Below are positions 19,887-29,260 of a stretch of DNA of 64,000 nucleotides, in pieces. Position 1 is the stretch's first letter. Every line of letters begins with the position of its first letter. Both the position numbers and the translations under genes were made by a program. The stretch comes from Myxococcota bacterium (GTDB lineage Bacteria > Myxococcota_A > JAVEVO01), in assembly GCA_034005005.1 (NCBI GenBank), contig JAVEVO010000007.1, positions 2,125 to 66,124 of the forward strand, in the 5' to 3' direction. Under the pieces are notes generated by a model. The model searched no databases, was not told the DNA's origin, and saw nothing but the letters and a program-made list of their open reading frames with translations.

Positions 19887-20929
19887 GCGGGCGTGGCGAG
19901 GAGCCTCCCGTGACGAGCCCGCCGGCCCCGGACGCCGGCCTCCCCGAGCCCTCCCCCCCGAGCCCCGGCCTGACCCGGCGGGAGGCCCTCGGGCGCGTCG
20001 CCCGCTGCGGCCTCGCGCTCGCCGGTGTGGGCGGAGCGGCCTTCCTGCTCCACGACCGGCGCCCGGCGGCCGCGATCGGCGCGGACGCGCCCCGCCGGCG
20101 CGACCTGCGCACCCCGGAGGCGCCCCGTGACGGCGAGCTGCTGTTCGCACGCAGCCCGAACGGCCCGGCCGGCGGCCCGGAGCTGATCCGCAAGCTGCTG
20201 GACGCGTTCGGCGGCATGGGCCGCTTCGTCCGCCGGGGCGAGCGGGTGGTGATCAAGCCCAACGTCGGCTGGGATCGCAACGAGCAGCAGGCCGCCAACA
20301 CCAACCCCGCCCTGATCGCCGCGCTCGTCCACCTCTGCCGGGAGGCCGGCGCGGCCGAGGTGATCGTCACCGACGTCTCGTGCAACGACGCCCGGCGCTC
20401 CTTCACCCGCTCCGGGGTGGGCCTGGCCGCGCAGCAGGCCGGTGCGCAGGTGATCCTGCCCCTCGAGCAGGACTTCGTCACGGTGCCCATGGGCGGGCTC
20501 CTCCTCCAGCGCTGGCCGGTGCTGAAGCCCTTGCTGGAGGCCGACCGGGTCATCAGCGTGCCCATCGTCAAGCACCACAACCTCACCGGCATGACCGGCG
20601 CCCTGAAGAACCTCTACGGCATCATCGGCGGCCGCCGGAACCTCCTGCACCAGCAGATCGACCAGTCGCTCCTCGACCTGGGCCACTTCCTGCGCCCCTC
20701 CCTGGTGGTCGTCGACGCCCTGCGGGTGCTCCTGCGCAACGGTCCCCAGGGCGGCTCCTTCCAGGACGTGCAGGAGGTCGGGCAGGTGGCGGTGACCGTC
20801 GACCCAGTCGCGGCCGACGCCTGGGCGGCTCCCTTCCTCGGACTGAAGGCCAAAGATCTCAACTTCTTACGTCTCGCTCACGGCGTCCTCGGCAGCCACG
20901 AGCTGCTGCAGGTCCGGGAGGTGGGCTGA
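19883..20929 (+). CDS. DUF362-domain protein with Tat-like signal
   Basis: ORF track. LTRREALGRVARCGLALAGVGG looks like a twin-arginine signal. DUF362-like core: RVVIKPNVGW...TNPALIAALV...ISVPIVKHHNLTGMTGALKNLYG. Confidence 0.75.
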   Translation: MSGRGEEPPVTSPPAPDAGLPEPSPPSPGLTRREALGRVARCGLALAGVGGAAFLLHDRRPAAAIGADAPRRRDLRTPEAPRDGELLFARSPNGPAGGPELIRKLLDAFGGMGRFVRRGERVVIKPNVGWDRNEQQAANTNPALIAALVHLCREAGAAEVIVTDVSCNDARRSFTRSGVGLAAQQAGAQVILPLEQDFVTVPMGGLLLQRWPVLKPLLEADRVISVPIVKHHNLTGMTGALKNLYGIIGGRRNLLHQQIDQSLLDLGHFLRPSLVVVDALRVLLRNGPQGGSFQDVQEVGQVAVTVDPVAADAWAAPFLGLKAKDLNFLRLAHGVLGSHELLQVREVG

Positions 20930-20932
20930 GCC

Positions 20933-22687
20933 ATGGCGCTCTCCGCGCGAGTCCGCCAGCTCCTGGAGCGCGTGCTGGCCGCGGGCGGCCGTGTCCTGCC
21001 CCGCCCCGATCCCGTCCACAAGCTGCCCTCGATCCGCCAGGGCACGAGCCGGCGGGGGCGCTGGCTCGCGACCCTGCGCGGCTGGGTCCAGCTCGCCAGC
21101 TTCCTCCTGTTCCTGGTCCTGCTGCTGCAGACCGAGGTCGCGACCTTCCAGCGCGGCAGCAACCTCGCGGGCGACCTCCCCTACCCCACCAGCCTCTACC
21201 TGCAGGCCGACCCCCTGCTCGGGGTCGCGACCTCCCTGGCCACCGGCAGCCTGTACGACGGGCTGATCTGGGGGCTGGCGGTCCTGCTGCTGACCCTGCT
21301 GCTGGGCCGGGCCTTCTGCGGCTGGCTCTGTCCGTTTGGTGCAGTGCAGCACGCGGTGGAGTGGCTGGGCCGGGGCTGGCGCCGGGCGACGAAGGTCATC
21401 GCGGGCAACCGCTACGCCCCCGGACAGAGACTGAAGTACTACCTGCTCGCGGCCCTGCTCGTGATCTCCGTGTCAGGCAGCATGCTCGTCGGGCTGTTCG
21501 ATCCCATCTCCCTGCTCACCCGCTCCCTGAGCCTGTCGATCCTCCCCGCGCTCGACGAGGCCGCCCGCGCCGGGATCCGCCTCCTGCAGCAGACCGAGCT
21601 CGGCCCCTTGCAGACCCTCGCGGCGGCCGGCGAGCTGGTCCGCCCCCACCTGCTGCCGGCCCGGCCGACCCACGCCCACGACGCCTGGGTCTTCGGGCTC
21701 ATCTTCCTCGGGCTGGTGGGCGTGGTCCTCTGGCTGCCACGCTTCTGGTGTCGCCGCCTCTGCCCCCTCGGCGCCCTGCTGGGCGTCTGCAGCCGCCCCG
21801 CCCTGCTCGGCCTGGCCAAGGACGAGAGCCGCTGCACGAGCTGCAACCGCTGCCTCGTGGCCTGCCAGGGCGCGTGCGACCCCCAGGGCGGAGCCCCCTG
21901 GCACGCGGCCGAGTGCCACCTCTGCTTCAACTGCGAGGCCGCGTGCCCCGAGGCCGCGCTCGCGTTCACCTTCCTGCCGTCCCGGGCGACGACCCGCCTC
22001 GACGCGGACCTGACCCGCCGGGCTCTGGTCGGCTCCCTCGCCGCGGGGGCCGTCACCTTGCCCTTGCTGCGCAGCAGCGCCGGTTTCGCCGGCCCGGGCG
22101 GGGTGGCCGCGGACCCCTCCTTGATCCGCCCGCCTGGCGCCCTGCCGGAGGGCGATTTCCTCGCCCGCTGCGTGAAGTGCGGCGAGTGCATGAAGGTCTG
22201 CCCGACCCACGCCCTGCACCCCACCCTGCTGCAGGCCGGGCTGGAGGGGATCTGGACCCCCCGGCTGGTCCCCCGCATCGGCTACTGCGAGCCGAGCTGC
22301 ACCCTCTGCGGCGAGGTCTGCCCCACGGGCGCCATCCGGCACCTCACCGAGGCCGAGAAGACGGGCCACGACGGCCAGCCGCCGGTGCGCCTCGGCACGG
22401 CGTTCTACGATCTGGGGCGCTGCCTGCCCTGGGCCATGCACACGCCCTGCATCGTCTGCGAGGAGTGGTGCCCGACGACCCCCAAGGCCATCTGGCTCGA
22501 GGAGGTCACCGTCGACGATCGCGACGGCAAGCCCATCCGGCTCCAACGGCCGCACGTCGACCCCCGCCGCTGCACCGGCTGCGGCGCCTGCGAGTTCGCG
22601 TGCCCGATCAAGGACCAGGCTGCGATCCGCGTCACCTCGGCCGGCGAGGTCCGCCACCCGCACAACCGCTTCCTGCTCAGCGGCTGA
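20933..22687 (+). CDS. membrane-bound polyferredoxin (NapH/MauN-like 4Fe-4S protein)
   Basis: ORF track. TM helices carry CGWLCPFG and CRRLCPLG motifs. At least six CxxCxxCxxxCP-type clusters follow, e.g. CVKCGECMKVCP and CTGCGACEFACP. Confidence 0.85.
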   Translation: MALSARVRQLLERVLAAGGRVLPRPDPVHKLPSIRQGTSRRGRWLATLRGWVQLASFLLFLVLLLQTEVATFQRGSNLAGDLPYPTSLYLQADPLLGVATSLATGSLYDGLIWGLAVLLLTLLLGRAFCGWLCPFGAVQHAVEWLGRGWRRATKVIAGNRYAPGQRLKYYLLAALLVISVSGSMLVGLFDPISLLTRSLSLSILPALDEAARAGIRLLQQTELGPLQTLAAAGELVRPHLLPARPTHAHDAWVFGLIFLGLVGVVLWLPRFWCRRLCPLGALLGVCSRPALLGLAKDESRCTSCNRCLVACQGACDPQGGAPWHAAECHLCFNCEAACPEAALAFTFLPSRATTRLDADLTRRALVGSLAAGAVTLPLLRSSAGFAGPGGVAADPSLIRPPGALPEGDFLARCVKCGECMKVCPTHALHPTLLQAGLEGIWTPRLVPRIGYCEPSCTLCGEVCPTGAIRHLTEAEKTGHDGQPPVRLGTAFYDLGRCLPWAMHTPCIVCEEWCPTTPKAIWLEEVTVDDRDGKPIRLQRPHVDPRRCTGCGACEFACPIKDQAAIRVTSAGEVRHPHNRFLLSG

Positions 22688-22690
22688 GCC

Positions 22691-22826
22691 CTAGTACCTC
22701 GACACCGCGAAGATGACCGGTTGAGCTTCGGGTGGCGACCGGCCTCCGCGCCGGTCGCGCAAGTGCCGACCTGTCGGCCGGTACCCACCAGAGCAACGGA
22801 TCAAGATCCCGGTGACGGGGTACTAG
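22691..22826. repeat. REP-like intergenic element bounded by CTAGTACC/GGTACTAG inverted repeat
   Basis: Starts 4 nt after the polyferredoxin stop. Contains hairpins GCGACCGG-N8-CCGGTCGC and GCCGAC-CT-GTCGGC. Shares GACCGGTTG, GTGGCGACCG and GTGCCGACCTGTCGGCCGG blocks with 32987-33051 and the reverse complement of 37911-38010. Confidence 0.7.
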
Positions 22827-22986
22827 CCCCGGTCGCCGGCCCACGCGGCCCGTCGCCTGGAGCTGCTCGTTTTGTCTGTCCGCCATCCCCGCCGTTGACT
22901 TCTCCCCCGGGGGCAGGCAAAACGACCTGTCGGACCCGACCCGCGGGGAACCCGACGGCAGCGAGGGTAGGGAGCAGGGAGACGGC

Positions 22987-25050
22987 ATGGGCAAGGACGA
23001 CAGTGGCAGTACGAAGACGATCTCGAAGCGGCTCCGGCTGATCCGCAACATCGGGATCATGGCCCACATCGATGCGGGCAAGACGACCGTCTCCGAGCGG
23101 ATCCTCTACTACACGGGAATCACGCACAAGATCGGCGAAGTCCACGACGGCGAGGCGACGATGGACTTCATGGACCAGGAGCAGGAGCGAGGGATCACCA
23201 TCACCTCGGCCGTGACGACCTGCCCCTGGCGCGGCCACGACATCCACCTCATCGACACCCCGGGCCACGTCGACTTCACCATCGAGGTGGAGCGGAGCCT
23301 GCGCGTCCTCGATGGGGCGGTCGCGGTCTTCTGTGGCGTCGCGGGCGTCGAGCCCCAGTCCGAGACCGTCTGGCGGCAGGCCGACAAGTTCCGCATCCCC
23401 CGGCTGGCCTTCATCAACAAGCTCGACCGGGTGGGCGCGGACCCGACGACCGCCCTGCAGGGCATCGTCCAGCGTCTGGGGGCCCGGCCCGCGGCCCTCC
23501 AGTTGCCCATCGGCCTGGAGGGCCGGTTCCAGGGGGTCGTGGACCTCCTGACCCGCCAGGCGACCGTCTGGAGGTCCGAGGACCTCGGCGCCACCCCCGA
23601 GCCCACGACGCTCCCCGGCGACCTGGTCCAGGCCGTCGAGCAGGCGCGCGAGGAGCTGATCGAGGCCATCGCGGACTGCGACGACGAGGTCGCCGAGGTC
23701 TACCTCGAGGCGGGCGAGCTCACCGTCGAGCTACTGCGCGCCGGGCTGCGTCGCGCCACCCTCGCCCGCAAGCTGGTCCCGGTGCTGATGGGGTCGGCCC
23801 TGCGGAACATCGGCATCCAGCCCCTGCTCGACGCGATCGTCGACTACCTGCCCAACCCCGCCGAGGTGGAGGCCATCGTCGGCCACGACCACGGCGGTAA
23901 AGAAGTCACGATCTCCGCGGACGAAAAGGGGCCTTTCGTTGCACTCGCCTTCAAGATCGCTCGCGAGGAGGGGCGCCGGCAGACCTTCATCCGGGTCTAC
24001 TCCGGCTCCTTCGAGGCCGGCGGCGAGGTCTTCAACGCCACCCGGGGCGGGAAGGAGCGCGTGGCCCGCATCTTCCAGGTCCACGCGGACCGCCGCACCC
24101 GGCTGGAGAAGGTCACCGCGGGGCACCTGGTCGCCCTGGCCGGCCTGAAGCACGCCCGCACCGGCGACACCCTCTGCCAGCCCGGCCACCACGTCGTGCT
24201 CGAGCAGATCGACGCGTACGAGCCGGTGATCTCCATGGCCGTGGAGCCGGAGACCCAGCGCGAGAAGGACAAACTCCAGGAGTCCCTCGAGAAGCTCGCG
24301 GACGAGGACCCGACCTTCCGCTACGGCGAGGACGAGTCCACCGGCCAGTACCTGATCCGCGGCATGGGCGAGCTGCACCTCGAGGTGCTCATGGAGCGCA
24401 TCCGCCGGGAGATGGGTGTCGGCGTGCGGGTCGGCCGCCCGCAGGTGGTCTGCCGCGAGACCATCACCCGCCCGGCGCTGGGCGTCGTCGGCGAGTTCCA
24501 GCGACAGATCGACGAGGGCGGGCTCTTCGGTCAGGTCCGGCTCGACCTGCTGCCCCTCTCCCAGGGGGCGGGGCTGCGCTTCGTCAACCAGCTCCCCGCG
24601 GGCATCCTCACCGCCGAGATCCTCCGCCTGATCGAGGAGGGCGTGCGGGAGGCCAGCTCGTCCGGGGTGCTCGAGGGCTTCCAGGTGGACGACCTGGAGG
24701 TCCGGCTCACGGGCGCCGAGTGGCGGGACGGCGAGAGCAAGCCCTTCGCCTACAAGGTCGCGGCGGTCAACGCCTTCCGCGACGGCTGCCGCCAGGCCGT
24801 GCCGGCCCTGCTGGAGCCCCTCATGGCCGTGGAGGTGGTCGTCCCCGAGGAGTTCATGGGCGACGTCATCGGCGACCTGCAGTCCCGCCACGGCCGCGTG
24901 GAGAACATCGAGCCGCGCGGGGAGCTGCGGGTCGTCAGCGGCGTGGCCGCGATGCGCGACCTCTTCGGCTACAGCACCCGCCTCCGCTCCATCACCCAGG
25001 GCCGGGGGACGTTCACCATGCAGTTCGCCCGCTTCGACCGGCTGGCCTAG
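22987..25050 (+). CDS. fusA: elongation factor G paralogue (stand-alone)
   Basis: ORF track. [17 protein letters not shown] and NKLD G-motifs, full EF-G length. No rpsL/rpsG/tuf neighbours. Confidence 0.9.
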   Translation: MGKDDSGSTKTISKRLRLIRNIGIMAHIDAGKTTVSERILYYTGITHKIGEVHDGEATMDFMDQEQERGITITSAVTTCPWRGHDIHLIDTPGHVDFTIEVERSLRVLDGAVAVFCGVAGVEPQSETVWRQADKFRIPRLAFINKLDRVGADPTTALQGIVQRLGARPAALQLPIGLEGRFQGVVDLLTRQATVWRSEDLGATPEPTTLPGDLVQAVEQAREELIEAIADCDDEVAEVYLEAGELTVELLRAGLRRATLARKLVPVLMGSALRNIGIQPLLDAIVDYLPNPAEVEAIVGHDHGGKEVTISADEKGPFVALAFKIAREEGRRQTFIRVYSGSFEAGGEVFNATRGGKERVARIFQVHADRRTRLEKVTAGHLVALAGLKHARTGDTLCQPGHHVVLEQIDAYEPVISMAVEPETQREKDKLQESLEKLADEDPTFRYGEDESTGQYLIRGMGELHLEVLMERIRREMGVGVRVGRPQVVCRETITRPALGVVGEFQRQIDEGGLFGQVRLDLLPLSQGAGLRFVNQLPAGILTAEILRLIEEGVREASSSGVLEGFQVDDLEVRLTGAEWRDGESKPFAYKVAAVNAFRDGCRQAVPALLEPLMAVEVVVPEEFMGDVIGDLQSRHGRVENIEPRGELRVVSGVAAMRDLFGYSTRLRSITQGRGTFTMQFARFDRLA

Positions 25051-25065
25051 CCCGGCGGACCGCCC

Positions 25066-25926
25066 ATGTCCCCCGGGTCAGCGCAGTCGCCCGCCGCCCC
25101 CACCCCACCGCCCGTCGGGGTAGGCGGCGCGTTCAGCTCTCGCCTGGCGCGGACCCTCTCGCCCTTCGCCCTGTACATCTTGCAGCGCCTCGGCTCCGGC
25201 GCGGTGGCGGGCCTCACCGGGGGTGGCTTCGCCTGCGTCCTGCTCGCCCTGCAGCACGGGGGAGGGCCCGGGCTGCTGCTGGCCTTGCAGCTCCTCGCCC
25301 TCGGCGGCGGCCTCGGCCTCGGCCTCGGCCTGATCTCCCTGGCGACGCCCCGGGCCGCGTCGCCGTCCGCCGTGCTCGCCCGCTGGCTGCGGGCCGGACC
25401 GGCGGGCGCCGGCGATCGCATCGTCGCCCTGCTGCTCGCGGCGATCGGCGCGGCCCACGGCCTCTGGAGCGCCGGGGTCTGGGTCGACTCGACCTTCCAC
25501 CACAAGCTGCTGAGCTCGGCCCTGCTCTTCGCGGTGCTCGTCCTGCTGCTGCCCCCCGCGCTCGCGATCCTGCGGGTCGGCGAGCGCCTCTCCGGGCGGC
25601 TCCCCGAGGTCGCGCTCGGGCTGCTCGTCCTCGTGGGGGCGACCCTCGGCCTGCGCCTCGCCCACGGCCCCACCTCGTCGGGCCTCGCCGGCCCCCTGCT
25701 GCTCACCTCCGCGGCCCTCGCGGCCGCGACCGCCTGGACCCTGGTCCGCACCCGCCACGAGCTCTGCCTGCTCGGCCTGCTCCTCGCCCCCCTCGCCCTG
25801 AGCTTGCCCTTTCTGGCGCGGCTGCTCGGCGTCGAGGCGGCCGACACCTTGCCCCTGCTGGACCAGCTCCAACTCTGGCTCACGGTGGGCGGCCACTTCA
25901 ACCCACCGCCGAGCGGTCTCCCCTGA
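25066..25926 (+). CDS. polytopic membrane protein, unknown function
   Basis: ORF track. Codon-by-codon reading shows almost every third position is G/C. Several hydrophobic helices. Starts 15 nt after the EF-G stop. Confidence 0.65.
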   Translation: MSPGSAQSPAAPTPPPVGVGGAFSSRLARTLSPFALYILQRLGSGAVAGLTGGGFACVLLALQHGGGPGLLLALQLLALGGGLGLGLGLISLATPRAASPSAVLARWLRAGPAGAGDRIVALLLAAIGAAHGLWSAGVWVDSTFHHKLLSSALLFAVLVLLLPPALAILRVGERLSGRLPEVALGLLVLVGATLGLRLAHGPTSSGLAGPLLLTSAALAAATAWTLVRTRHELCLLGLLLAPLALSLPFLARLLGVEAADTLPLLDQLQLWLTVGGHFNPPPSGLP

Positions 25927-25970
25927 AGGCCCGGATCGACATCCCCCACGAACGGGCGTAGGCTGCGGCC

Positions 25971-26747
25971 ATGCTTGCGGGAATCCACCTCCTCGCCCTC
26001 GGCCGCGTGCCGCCCCCCGACGAGAGCCAGATCCGCCGGCTCGCGCAGATCCTCGACCTCGCCCCCCTCGAGGCCCGCCGACACCTGCAGCCGCCCGGCC
26101 CCCGCCTGATCGCGACCTGCGGCGACCGGGCCCGGGCCCAGGATCTCCACCGGCAGCTCGTGCAGGCGGGCTTTTCGGCCCTGCTCCTCGCCGGAGAGGA
26201 CGTCCCGGACGACGGCCAGCGCTTCCCGGTGCGGTCCTTCCGCCTCGAGCCCACGGCCCTCGAGGTCACCGCGCGGGACGGACGCCCGCTCACGATGCCG
26301 TACGGGGCGCTGCGCCTGGTGCTACGCGGCGTCGCCCGGGAGTCCCGGACCCAGGTCGAGACCAGCGTGCAGCGCCGGCTCAGCCTCACCAAGGCCGTCG
26401 TGACCGGCGGGCTGCTCGCCAGCTCGGAGAAGAAGGTCGAGACGAAGAGCACCACGGAGCAGCGTGAGGGCTTCGTGCACCTGTACGCGGACGGGCTGCC
26501 GTGCCTGCTGCTGCGGGAGGGGGAGCTGCTCTACCAGGGGCTCGGCCCCCTGCTGCAGCCCACGCGCACCGCCAACTGGACGACCTTGCTCCGGGAGCTG
26601 CGGCGACTCGCGCCGGCGGCGACGGTCGAGGAGCGGCTCACCACCACGGCCGGGCAGAGCACGATCCTCGGCACCCTGTCCCCGGAGCACTTCCTCGACG
26701 TCGCCGTGGCCCTGCTGGTGCAGGCCGCCGGCCCGCCGCCGCCGTGA
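25971..26747 (+). CDS. hypothetical protein
   Basis: ORF track. Non-repetitive, balanced composition. No recognisable motif. Confidence 0.6.
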   Translation: MLAGIHLLALGRVPPPDESQIRRLAQILDLAPLEARRHLQPPGPRLIATCGDRARAQDLHRQLVQAGFSALLLAGEDVPDDGQRFPVRSFRLEPTALEVTARDGRPLTMPYGALRLVLRGVARESRTQVETSVQRRLSLTKAVVTGGLLASSEKKVETKSTTEQREGFVHLYADGLPCLLLREGELLYQGLGPLLQPTRTANWTTLLRELRRLAPAATVEERLTTTAGQSTILGTLSPEHFLDVAVALLVQAAGPPPP

Positions 26748-26772
26748 GCGCGGGCGCGGCGACCCGGGTGGG

Positions 26773-28809
26773 CTACCTCGGGGGCGCCGGCGGGGGCATC
26801 AGCCGATCCTCGTCGAGCAGGGAGCCGTAGGCCCGCAGCAGCCGCGCGACCTGGCGCAGCCGCTGACGATCCGCAACGGTCACCGGCAGCTCCTCCCCGG
26901 TCCGGAACTCCTCGACGCCGACCGGCAGGCCGACGTCGTAGCGCCGCTTGTGGACCTCCTGCTCGTCCCACAGGTCGCCGACGAGCTGCACCTCGCCCTC
27001 GGTGAGCGCGAAGCCGCTGGCGAGCACCGAGATCGCCGGACGCCCCGCTCCCCCCGGCGCGAGCAGATCCCGACCGAGGAAGTGGTTCGCGGCGGTGATC
27101 CCGGCCCGCGCCAGGAGGGTCGGCGGGAGGTCCACCTGGGAAGCGGTCGCGGGCTGCACGGTCCCCGCGGGGAGCCCCGGCCCGGCGAGCAGCAGCCCGA
27201 TCCAGGTGTGCCCCGCGTGGATCGGCCCGAGGTCGGCGCCGTGCTCCACCTGCCAGCGGTTGGGCTGCCCGTGGTCGCCGACGACGGCGATGAAGGTGTC
27301 GTTCCAGCGGTCGGTGCGGCGCAGGGCGTCGAACAGCTCGCCGAGGGCGGCGTCCGTGAAGCGCAGGGCACGCTGGTAGGCCGCGTCGGGGTCCCGCAGG
27401 GGCGGCCCCCAGCTCGCGGGGACCCGGTAGGGGGGGTGCATCGTGACGGTGTACAGGGACATCAGCCGGGGCTGTCCGGGGGGCGCGGCCCGGTACAGCT
27501 CCAGCAGGCGCCGCACGAGGGCCAGGTCGTCCTGCTTGAGCAGCTCCCAGCGGTCGTACCAGCGCTGGACCCAGGGCTGCATGTTGTCGATGCTCGGATC
27601 GGAGCCGGTCAGCCAGACCCGGTGGTAGCCGTGGCGGCCCAGGATCTCGGGCAGGGCCAGGGTGTGGATGTCCAAGAACTCGTTGAAGATCGCACGGTTG
27701 GGATAGCTCCACAGCCCGAGCTGGACGCTCATGTTGCCCTCCCCGGAGGGGAAGCCGTTGGAGTGCGCGTGGGAGAAGGCGATCCCCCGCTCCTGCCAGA
27801 GCCGCACCAGGTTCGGGGCGACCTGAGCGAGCCGCGGGTCCTGCCAGTCGAGGTTCCAGCCGCGCAGGGACTCGACGACGAGCAGGAAGAGGTCCGGACG
27901 AGCAGGCGGGCCGTCCGGCCGCGGGTGAGGGGGCGCCTGGGGGGACGGGGGGGGCACCCGCCAGAGGGGATAGGGCTCGCCGGGGGCGGGGGGCAGCCCG
28001 ACCTGCTGGCGCAGGAGGGCGAAGGCCTCGGGATCGGGCGGGGTGCGGCCGGCCCGCAGCTCGTGGTGGAGGTCGATGGCCAGCACGCAGGCCACCGGAG
28101 CGGCCATGCGCCACTTGCGCACGGCCCCGTCGAAGGTTGCGCTCCAGACCAGCAGGGCCACCGCCATGACGAAAAGCCCACCTGAACCCTTCCAGGAAGG
28201 CTTTGGTACCAGCAGCGGGGTGGACCACGGTCGGACCCAGAGCAGCCAGCCTCCCGTGACGAGCAGGGGCAGAGTCACGCAGAGCAGGGCCCAGCTCAGG
28301 CCGAGGGGGTCCTTGGCCATCATGCCGGCGGCGTAGTCCACCGCGCCCGGCTCCAGCAGGCTGCTGAGGGCCCGCCGGGCGAAGATCAGCCCCATGCGCT
28401 GCCCCATCCAGCGCCGGATCTCCGCATCGGTCTGGGAGGCCAGGGCGTGCAGGCCGAAGAGCAGCCAGCCCACGAGCACCGCCCGACGCTCCCAGACCGG
28501 ACGGACACGCCCGCGGGCCCACGCCACGAGGCTCCGCTGGAGGATCGTGATCCCGAGGACGAGACCCAGCTCCGAGGGGATCGCGGGCCAGAGGAACCGG
28601 CCCACGGCCACCACGACGCGGCTGCCCGCCGGCGTCGGCAGCAGGTACAGGCCGAGGATCGAGGCCAGCCGGCCGAGGAAGAAGACGACCGGCAGGACGA
28701 CCCAGGGCATCCGGGTGAGGCTCCCGAGCCAGGCCCCGCCCCGACAAAGCCAGGCCCCGCCCCGACGGAGCCAGGCCTCGGCCCGGGAGGTGGCAGGACC
28801 GGCGCGCAT
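26773..28809 (-). CDS. LTA-synthase/sulfatase-family membrane protein (phosphoglycerol or phosphoethanolamine transferase-like)
   Basis: ORF track. About 5 N-terminal TM helices, then an alkaline-phosphatase-superfamily domain (LFLLVVESLRGWN, VVGDHGQP). The start is either 28809 (TGATG overlap with the GIY-YIG stop) or ATG 28710 (MPWVVLPVVFF...). Confidence 0.8.
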   Translation of the reverse strand: MRAGPATSRAEAWLRRGGAWLCRGGAWLGSLTRMPWVVLPVVFFLGRLASILGLYLLPTPAGSRVVVAVGRFLWPAIPSELGLVLGITILQRSLVAWARGRVRPVWERRAVLVGWLLFGLHALASQTDAEIRRWMGQRMGLIFARRALSSLLEPGAVDYAAGMMAKDPLGLSWALLCVTLPLLVTGGWLLWVRPWSTPLLVPKPSWKGSGGLFVMAVALLVWSATFDGAVRKWRMAAPVACVLAIDLHHELRAGRTPPDPEAFALLRQQVGLPPAPGEPYPLWRVPPPSPQAPPHPRPDGPPARPDLFLLVVESLRGWNLDWQDPRLAQVAPNLVRLWQERGIAFSHAHSNGFPSGEGNMSVQLGLWSYPNRAIFNEFLDIHTLALPEILGRHGYHRVWLTGSDPSIDNMQPWVQRWYDRWELLKQDDLALVRRLLELYRAAPPGQPRLMSLYTVTMHPPYRVPASWGPPLRDPDAAYQRALRFTDAALGELFDALRRTDRWNDTFIAVVGDHGQPNRWQVEHGADLGPIHAGHTWIGLLLAGPGLPAGTVQPATASQVDLPPTLLARAGITAANHFLGRDLLAPGGAGRPAISVLASGFALTEGEVQLVGDLWDEQEVHKRRYDVGLPVGVEEFRTGEELPVTVADRQRLRQVARLLRAYGSLLDEDRLMPPPAPPR
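28728..28790. repeat. three tandem 21-bp repeats (GCCAGGCCCCGCCCCGACRRA)
   Basis: Read directly: two near-perfect units and one diverged unit. They lie between the two candidate starts of the sulfatase-family gene and are in frame (AWLRRGG AWLCRGG AWLGS). Confidence 0.8.
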
Positions 28810-29099
28810 CAGCCCCGGCCCTCGCCGATCAGCAGCTCCTTGCGGGCCCGGCTGAGCCGCTTGATCTGGCGCTCCCGGCGCAGGGCCGCGGGCAGGGACG
28901 CGGCGGCTTCCTGGTGGACCAGGACGACCGGCCCGCGCCCGCGGGTGTAGCGCGCGCCCCGGCCCGCGTCGTGCTGACGCAGCCGCCGGGCCAGATCGGA
29001 GGTCACGCCGGTGTACAGGGAGCCGTCGGCGCAGCGCACCAGGTAGACCCGCCAGCCGGATCGGGGGGGGGCGCTCTCCGCCGGCACCACCTCGCTCAT
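28809..29099 (-). CDS. GIY-YIG nuclease-family small protein (96 aa)
   Basis: ATG at 29099 (MSEVVPAES...). Motif reads WRVYLVRCADGSLYTGVTSDLARRLRQH...RERQIK. Confidence 0.8.
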   Translation of the reverse strand: MSEVVPAESAPPRSGWRVYLVRCADGSLYTGVTSDLARRLRQHDAGRGARYTRGRGPVVLVHQEAAASLPAALRRERQIKRLSRARKELLIGEGRG

Positions 29100-29229
29100 C
29101 GGCTCACCCTCACCATGCTCCCATCCTCCCGCCCGGTCGGGCACGGCCAGAGGCCGTCGGAGCGGCGCGCGGCCGCGGACCATCCCTCCCGCGGAGGCGA
29201 ATGGTAGGAGAGACCGGCACCCAGGGGAA

Positions 29230-29250
29230 GGAAAAGCCGAAGGCCGGCTG
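29230..29250 (-). terminator. putative intrinsic terminator downstream of the thiolase gene
   Basis: Minus strand reads AGCCG-GCCT-TCGGCT followed by TTTTCC, about 10 nt after the stop at 29261. Confidence 0.5.
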
Positions 29251-29260
29251 CGGGGCAGGC

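Noticed and set aside
26531-28747. 738-aa ORF in an alternative minus frame, and 26464..28185 (+)
   Set aside because: The neighbouring frame (26773..28809) has TM helices and sulfatase-family motifs. These frames are low-complexity.
28809-29099. GIY-YIG protein as a homing endonuclease or mobile-element marker
   Set aside because: It is a 96-aa stand-alone GIY-YIG core (YhbQ/Slx1-like size) with no DNA-binding extension, intron/intein context or flanking repeats.
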